Source: Eledone cirrhosa
Lineage: Eukaryota
Direction of reading: 5' to 3'
DNA: 64,000 bases
Assembly: GCA_964016885.1 (NCBI GenBank)
Contig: OZ024743.1
Coordinates: 1,550,001-1,614,000 of the forward strand
Below, one piece after another: positions 56,456 to 64,000 of the stretch; position 1 is the stretch's first letter, and every line of letters begins with the position of its first letter. The notes beneath the pieces were generated by a model. That model searched no databases. It was not told where the DNA came from and saw nothing but the letters and a program-made list of their open reading frames with translations. A program made the position numbers and the translations under genes.

Positions 56456-59411
56456 TCTTCTGGTTTTATAATTTCACAAATGTTTACCAATAGAGAGAGA
56501 GTCGGTTTCTAACATAGACACACGACTCTCTCATTGGAATTTACACAACATCAACTAGGTAGATTATGTATGCATGTATGCATGTGTAGATATGGATGTT
56601 ATTGTATGTGTGGATGTGTATGTTTTGAGTTGTATGTGTGCATGTGTATATGCTTTGTATATGTACATGTGTATATGCAGTTATTAGATGCAAAATTTTG
56701 GGAATGTTTTACATATTTTTACTGTTCCATTAATGGATTGTACATGTAATTTCCTAACTAGTTGTGTTCTTTCTGTTCCTGTGAAGCCTAGCTTCTCAAG
56801 ATTTCTATTGAGGCAGTTACTAACATACCCCAGTGCCCCAGTAATCACAGGCATAAATCTGAAGGTGTGATCAGAGTGGAGTATCTGTAGATTTCTCATC
56901 AGTTCTGCATAAATATTCTCCTTTTCGCTAATCTTTGATATTATATTGGCATCTGCTGGGCAGCTAATTTCCACTACTGTGCTTGCTTTCTTCTACCTGT
57001 CCCATATCATAATATCTGGTCTGTTATGTCTGCATTTTATTGGGGTTTTTACTGGAACATTCCACCAGTACTCGTTCATATTATGGATGTCTTCCACATT
57101 GCTGTAGCTTTTAATGTGTTTATTATCGGAGCTATCTTTTTTACGAACTGCATTGTACAGTGTTTTGGCCACTACATCATGCCTCATAGGTAGATAGTAC
57201 CGCGATGACATCTTTGGACAGCTGCTGATGACATGGGTGATATCCTCGATGTTAGTTCTGCAGAGTCTGCAGTTGTTATCACATCTAGGTGTTTTGCCTG
57301 CATCCCTATCTCTTTTGTGAATCGGGTATTTCGTGTTAATCTCCTGTTCTTGGATTGCAAAAGCGTATCCTTCAAAGTGGGAGCCAATATAGCGGTTGTT
57401 GGTCCAAGATAGACTACTTTCATTATCTATATTACTCTCACTCTGGAGCTTCCTGGCAACATAGCCATGCATGATTCTTTGCTGATAAGCATGCAGTTTT
57501 TCATCCACGGACTCACTGCGATACTGCTGAGCGACTTCCCTGGGTGTGAGTTTTTGATTATCATACAGGGAATATCTCTCGAGGAGTTCGTTCCCAACTC
57601 TCATGATCTTATCTGTTTCATGTAGATAGACTTGCTCAAGAAACGGGCTCCTACGCTTCGAGGTTCGTAGATGTTGTCGGAGAGATATGATGCGACATTC
57701 AAATGTTGTCTGGACTGATATTAGGCCTCTGCCTCCCTGCTTACGTTTCAAGTAAAGGCGGTCTATGTCACTGTTGATGTAGAAGTTTCCGGTGTTGTTT
57801 AGTATTTTTCGAGTTCCAACATCAACTGCTCGGATTTCGTCTATCGTCCAATTGAGTATTCCAAACGTTGGTGTTAGGACAGGCACAGCAAACACATTGT
57901 GAGCCAGTGTTTTGTTTGCGCAGAGAGTTCAAATGACCAGATCTTTCTTAATCGGGTGTAGTATTCCCTGGTTACGCGTTCTTTATTACAGATACCATTA
58001 TAGGATATGTTCTCATCTATCCCCAGGTATCTGTAGAGGTCCTCATCAGATATCGGTGAAACAGTTAGGCCATTGATGACAATGTTGCTAGATTGGGTTG
58101 TTGTTTTTCTCCGCTTTACAGTCATGTATGAGCATTTATCTTGGCCAAACTCCGTTCCTATATCCTTTGAGAATGTTGTAACTGGGTCAAGATTTTTCTT
58201 CATCCCATCCATGTTCTTGGCATAGACTTTCAGATCGTCCACAAAGAAATTATGGGTTAGGTTCGTATTTCTGTCCTCCTGTGACCCAATGATGTATCCC
58301 TTACATTTCTTGAGCAGAAAGGACAAGGGGTTTAATGACAAAAGGAATAATATCACAGAGAGACTGTCCCCCTGAAATATACCCCTGCAATATTTTATTT
58401 TATCAGTGAAAATAGAGTCCTCCCTCTCTGTCTTTAACCTTCGGATAGTAGCCCAAGAAGAAGACAGCCTCTCTATGGCTCTGACAATAATGTCTGGGGC
58501 TTTAGCAAGTTGGAGGGCCTCTATTATCCAAGAGTGGGGAACAGAATCGATCGAAAGCTTTCTTGTAGTCCAGCCAGACTGTAGCCATAATCCTCCAAAG
58601 TTGTCGCACCTCCGACGTCGCAGTTTTGTTGATTAGGAGTTGTTCAGCACATCCCCAAACCCCTTTCTTTCCAGCTGCTTGTTCATCTGTGATGATGTTA
58701 TTATTTTCACAGTGATCTTGGAGGAATAGGTTCAGGCAGGCTGTATACATCTTATACATCAGGTTCTGGCATGCAATGGGTCGGTGGTTTTTTGCCAAGT
58801 GGGTGTCTTTGTTCTTGGGGACAGTAATGTTTGTGCTAATGTCAACCATTCTGGTATAAGTGTATCTCCCTTAAGAACTTGTTGGTAGAGGTCAGTAAGA
58901 TACCTCCGATAGAATATCAGTTTTTTGTACCAGTAGCCGACAATCATGTCTCTTCCTGGTGTTTTCTTATCTTGGAGTTTTCCTATGACAGTCTCAAGGG
59001 TACCCTCACTTATTTCGTATGTTTTTGTTGTAATGTAGGAGCAATAGTTCTTTCGGATTTCTCTTAGCCACGCTGCATCTTGGTTGAAATTCTTCTTTTC
59101 ACCCCATATTTTGCTCCAAAAGGAATCTATGTATTTCTGGGATTGTGCCTCAGTGGCACTTATTATTTTGTTCTTCATATCTCTATAGACTGATGTTTGG
59201 TTTCGTCTGAATCTTTTATTAGGCACTTTTCTCTCGTCTACCTTCTTCAGGTATCGTTGTTTTTCGCTAACAGCTTTCAATTCTTGTTTGAGGGTGATCA
59301 GCTTATATTCTGGTTCTACTGTTACCAAACATTGTCTCTATTTTATTTTTCACTCTTTGTTGGTGAGGAGTGAGATTTGTTTGTGTTTGTTTGCATGTAA
59401 GGAGCATTGTC
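56456..59411 (-). mobile_element. R4-like family B retrotransposon, 5'-truncated and frameshifted
   Basis: ORF pieces with DYKKAFD, GIFQGDSLS, FVDDLK, CRLC..HVISSC, RHD, NRPDIMIWD..EISCP; 3' UTR distinct from family A. Confidence 0.92.
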
Positions 59412-59478
59412 ATGTATGTATGCATGTATGTATGCATGTATGTATGTATGCATGTATATATGTATGCATGTATGTATG

Positions 59479-60417
59479 TCTCTCTTTCTCTTAATTTCGA
59501 GTACATTTTTGACCGGCCACCTTCCTGGTGACAAGGTTGTAAAAGAAAAGAAATTGTCATCCCTTGAATCGCAAGAACGTTTTGCAAATTTTCGAGTTGC
59601 CAGTTATCGCAGCCATTTGTAGTCTATGAATTAGGGAGCTGCGCTCTTTGTCCACAAATCCTAGTTCAGTTATACTGTCCAAGCGGGTTGGTTTATAACC
59701 TGTAGCTCCAATAATGATGGGTATGAAGCTGAAAGTGTATCGTGGATAGTGGATCTGCAAACTCCTCATCACTGGCCCGTAGATGTCCTCCTTCTTTTAT
59801 ATTTTTCTTACAACTTTGACATCAAGTGGGCAGCTGATCTCTACAACAGAGCACGTTTTCAATGTGTGGTCCCAAAGAACAATATCTGGCTGGTTGTGCT
59901 TTAATTTAGTGGCAGTTTTATTTTCAGGTTCCACCAGTATTCTTTAGTGCCAACTATCTCAACATATTACTTCTCCTCATTTGTTTTTTAATTTTGTTTT
60001 CCTAAGTACGCTCCGGCTGGTTCTAGCTATCACATCGTGTCTCATATGGAGGTAGTAGCGAGACGACATTCTTTCGCAATTGGCAAAAATGTGGCTAATA
60101 TCTTCGATCTTTGTTTTACAAAGCCTACATTTATTGTCCACTGATGGCCCTCTTCTTTTGTGTACAGATATTTGGTAGGGATTTCTTGTTCCTGTATTCC
60201 ATAGAGATATCCTTCAAGGTGGAATATCATAAATTTGTCGGAACTCCATGCCAGACATTTTGAATGATTTATCCCCACTGTGGTCTGTGTGTTTTGTCTC
60301 AGGTACCCATGCACAACTTTCTCTGTAAATTTGTTTATCTTATTCGAATATTGAATAGGATCTTCCAATTTCTCTGGGAGAGAGATCCATATCATAGGAG
60401 AGAGATTTATATCAGGG
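59479..60417 (-). mobile_element. R4-like family A, 5'-truncated copy
   Basis: Reverse complement of ~49979-50906 with an internal deletion; (TATG)n flanks. Confidence 0.9.
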
Positions 60418-60465
60418 GAGGGGGATTTATATCAGATTTATGTATGTATGTGTGCATGTACGTAT

Positions 60466-61415
60466 GTTTTTCTGGTTTCATTATTTTATAAAAAGGGCGG
60501 TGGATTGGCAGTATCGGTAGAGGGTCGGATGCCATGCTTTGACGCATAGAGTTACGGTCCTTGCCATTCTGAGTTCAAATCCCGCCGAGGTTAACTTTGC
60601 CTTTCATCCTTACGGGGTCGATAAAATAAAGTACCAGTAATGCACTGGGTAATTGCTGGCCTTGTGCCAAAAGTAGAAACAATTATTTTATAAATTTTCA
60701 CCAATAGAGAAAGAGTTGGTTTCTAACAAAGAAACGAGACTCTTTCATTTGAATTTAGGCACGAACCAGGTACATACCATTAAATGTCTGTATGTGTGTG
60801 TGGCGGGGGGGGGGGGGTTATAAGGGTTATTGCAAGTGTGGATCTGTATGTTTTGAGTTATATATGCACATGTGCATATGTTTCTATATCTGTATATATG
60901 TGTAAATATGCAGTTATTACATGCTGAATGTTTTACATATTTTTTACAGTACTTGCAATTTCCTAACTATCTGTGTCCTTTCTGGTTCTGTGAAGCCCAG
61001 CTTCTCATGATTTGTACTGGGGCAGTTAGTAACATATTCCAAAGCCCTAATAATCACAATTACAAATTTTAAGTCAGAGTGGAGTATTTGTTAATTCCTT
61101 ATTGGGTCATTTCTCCGTTTCGTTAAACTTTAGCATTATATTGACATCTGCTGGGCAGCTGATTTCCACTACTGGGCATACCTTCTTTTCTTTATCCCAT
61201 ATTACTATGTCTGGTCTGATATGTTTACATTTTATTGGGGTTTTTATAAGTACATATCCCCAGTATTCTGTATGTCTAAGTACATATCCCCAATATTCTG
61301 TATGTCTATGTCCTCTTCATCACTGTAACTTTTAATATGTTTATTCTCAGGGCTATCCTTTCTATGGATTGCATTGTAATCCATTGTGTTTTGACCTCAT
61401 AGGTAGATAGTGTTG
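60466..61415 (-). mobile_element. R4-like family B, older 3' fragment interrupted by a SINE
   Basis: Similar to 56456-57200 (3' UTR and EISCPAD..PDIVIWD region). Confidence 0.82.
60493..60681 (+). mobile_element. Full-length SINE with 13-bp TSD nested in the family B 3' UTR
   Basis: attattttataaa at 60480-60492 and 60682-60694. Confidence 0.9.
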
Positions 61416-61476
61416 TGATGTATATATTTACATACGTTTATATGTGTGGGCGTGTTGATATGCATATGTGTATGTA

Positions 61477-62476
61477 CAGAGTTACCCAGTTCTTTCAGGA
61501 CACGTCTTTTAATAGCTCTTTTTTTTCTCATTTGTTCTGATTATCATTTCTTTTCAGATAGATGATGACAGCCATCAAGTTTACTCAGCAAATGAAAAGG
61601 TTCCCGGTAATTGTTGCTTTAAAGGCAAACCATGATGATTTAGAGATTGCTCGTTACCTGAAAGTTGCATATGATACGAAGAGGCTAATTCATGTCTGCA
61701 AATATAAAATATAACAGTCTGAACCACGCAAAGCACTCTTGCAGCAAGTTGAAACATCAAGAGCATGGAGTGTTTTGGATGTTCCCTGATGAGAAAAACT
61801 TTGATCAGGACCAAAAGGTCAACTGAAAGAATGGCAGGTGGTTATGCAGACTCTAAAAACGTCCCAACGGTTATGCACACAAAGATTCCGGCAACTGTGA
61901 TGGAGCTGGGAATCAAGAGCAACGAGGAAGATATCATGCCTCCTCACATCCTTTCTCAGCACTTAAGGATCAATGAAACTGACTATAAGAAGATGGTGGA
62001 GAGAGTTATGAGGCCTTAGATAGAGAGCGGGTAAAAAAGGACGACCGTACATCTACCAACAGGACTGCCTCGCCTCATACGACCAAACTTACCTACGAAT
62101 TAATGAGTTACAATCTCCACGATCCTGTCACTCCAAACATATGGCTTCCTAGCTCTTCTGACCAAAATCAGTTGGATTACTGCGTATTGGGTGTAATTGA
62201 GAGGCAAGTCAATCAACGCCCTGTAACACTATAGTCAGCCATAAATAGGACAATGTCCAGAATGGATAAAGATCATTTGATTCTGGCATGTCAACGTTTC
62301 AGACCTCGTATTGAAGCAGTCATCGACGCAAACGGCAGATTCCTTGAGTACATGCGTCAAGAAAAGTGTCAAGATTATTCATATCAAATTTGTTTCTCAT
62401 ATAAAACACTTCTTTCATAACGTATGCGTCTTTTACTAAATTCGTGTAAATGTCCTCAAACAAGTGGATAAACCTA
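61477..62476 (+). mobile_element. Degenerate Tc1/mariner (maT/DD37D-like) transposon
   Basis: Imperfect TIRs with TA flanks; RPYIYQQD..., WLPSSSDQNQLDY (WPPSSPDLNPLDY-like), ACQRFRPRIEAVIDANG. Confidence 0.8.
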
Positions 62477-62879
62477 TATATGTATTAAAGTGCATATGTA
62501 CGCATAAATACATTTAAGTTAATCTACAAATAAACGCAATAATTTAAGAAAACATTGTTAATCCATAACAAAATTATAATCATTTAATCCATACCGCCTG
62601 TCTTTGTCTATGATAAAATATTGATTATTCTAATAACATATTTTCAACGCAGAGGAAAGGAATATGAATAAATACAAGTCATAGCCAGATTGTATTTTAT
62701 ATCAGTTGCCTCTGAGACCACTGGTGCCGCTATCTTCTACAAAATTGCGATGAGGTTATTAGCGTCGAGGAAGAGCTGTAGGAATGGCTGATTACGAAGT
62801 ACTATTCTTTTATAAATGTTATAGAATTATATTGTGCTTGCCTTATTCGAAAACATTCGAAATCTCTAACAAAGATTAC

Positions 62880-62970
<91 letters not shown>

Positions 62971-63366
62971 TGTGTGTGTGTGTGTGTGTGTGTGTAAAGA
63001 ACGAAGCTAGTTAGATGTAATTGACATAGCCTCGGTCGTTTTCTCAGTCACTCAATAATTTAATTAAGTTTGTATTATTAAAATACAGAACCAACATCTA
63101 GGGTAGAAACACATATATATATATATATGTTTGTGTGTGTGCGCACCTGAGTGTGCGCGCACGTGTGTGTGTGCGCACATGTGTGTGTGTGCGCAGGCGT
63201 GTGTGTGGGTCTGTGTGTGTGAATTCGATTCCCACACCGGGCGGCGCATTGAGCAAGATATATATATCACACACACACAGACACACACACACGTGCGCAC
63301 ACGTATATATATATATATATATATATACGCACACGTATATATATATATATATATATATACGCACAC

Positions 63367-63416
<50 letters not shown>

Positions 63417-63419
63417 ACA

Positions 63420-63932
63420 AGTGGAAGCTTAGTAAAATCGAAGCTTTGGCTGTGGCCAAGCAAAGTCGACTTACAATAAGGAATGAGTAGCAAAGCACTC
63501 AATAAGGGTAGGTCCTTAGAGTAATAACATACGTTTAAATAGCCTGACAAATTGAAAATTGCGGTTGGCAAAACCCAACGATTCAATACCAAAACAACGA
63601 AAGAACTAATCAGGTTAGAACAGACCTGGACAGATCGAACGATATTCTACTATAGGTCCGATATGTTTCTATGAAATCCGAAATTATTTATCCAACTTAC
63701 GTAACACGTAAGCTTGTCGTATTCCATGACCGAACAGAGGATTCATTTCATCAACAGGCATTCCGTTCTATGGCCTCAAACTCGTGTGAAGAAACTAAAT
63801 GCGACCGCCACAATAGACAGCATTCAAACATTTCGTTGTCACGTGTTATTTCCAACAAGGGAAGCAACCCCCGGTTTTTGTCGGATAAGTTCAAAGTGTT
63901 AACAAAGGAAACAATATTTCCGTTAACCATTC
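63420..63932 (+). mobile_element. Possible Penelope-like (GIY-YIG) remnant between (TA)n tracts
   Basis: Weak resemblance only (FHDRTED...FKVLTKE); bounded by TA microsatellites like other such relics. Confidence 0.25.
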
Positions 63933-64000
63933 CATATATATATATATATATTTATACTCGGATTTCTTTCCTAGAGTGCTTAAATTATTTGTGACTAATT

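Overview
AT-rich, microsatellite-dense animal genomic DNA; the SINE family and (TA)n/(CATA)n load suggest an octopod cephalopod (inference). Almost all ORFs in the supplied track are repeat artefacts. Reading splice signals by hand gives two tandem, multi-exon minus-strand genes for secreted modular proteins. Gene A (ATG 52984, TATA ~53062-53071) encodes signal peptide-WSC-WSC-EGFx5-PAN-PAN with an uncertain 3' end. Gene B (ATG 12966) encodes signal peptide-WSC-microexon-vWA-VWD and runs off the left edge. The most striking feature is a ~13 kb 15-bp satellite (23701-36737) inside the EGF exon cluster. It appears to be a former EGF exon inflated by amplification of its 'NPCxx' pentacodon: a splice acceptor and EGF-like start lie at one end, and the in-register EGF remainder at the other. 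Other highlights are a second dead EGF exon; R4/Dong-like RLE retrotransposons bounded by (CATA)n, including a four-element stack of two families; hammerhead-ribozyme-bearing foldback (Penelope-like) remnants in (TA)n tracts; a 21-bp VNTR beside the gene A promoter; and many tRNA/Nin-type SINEs, an RTE relic and Tc1/mariner and hAT relics.
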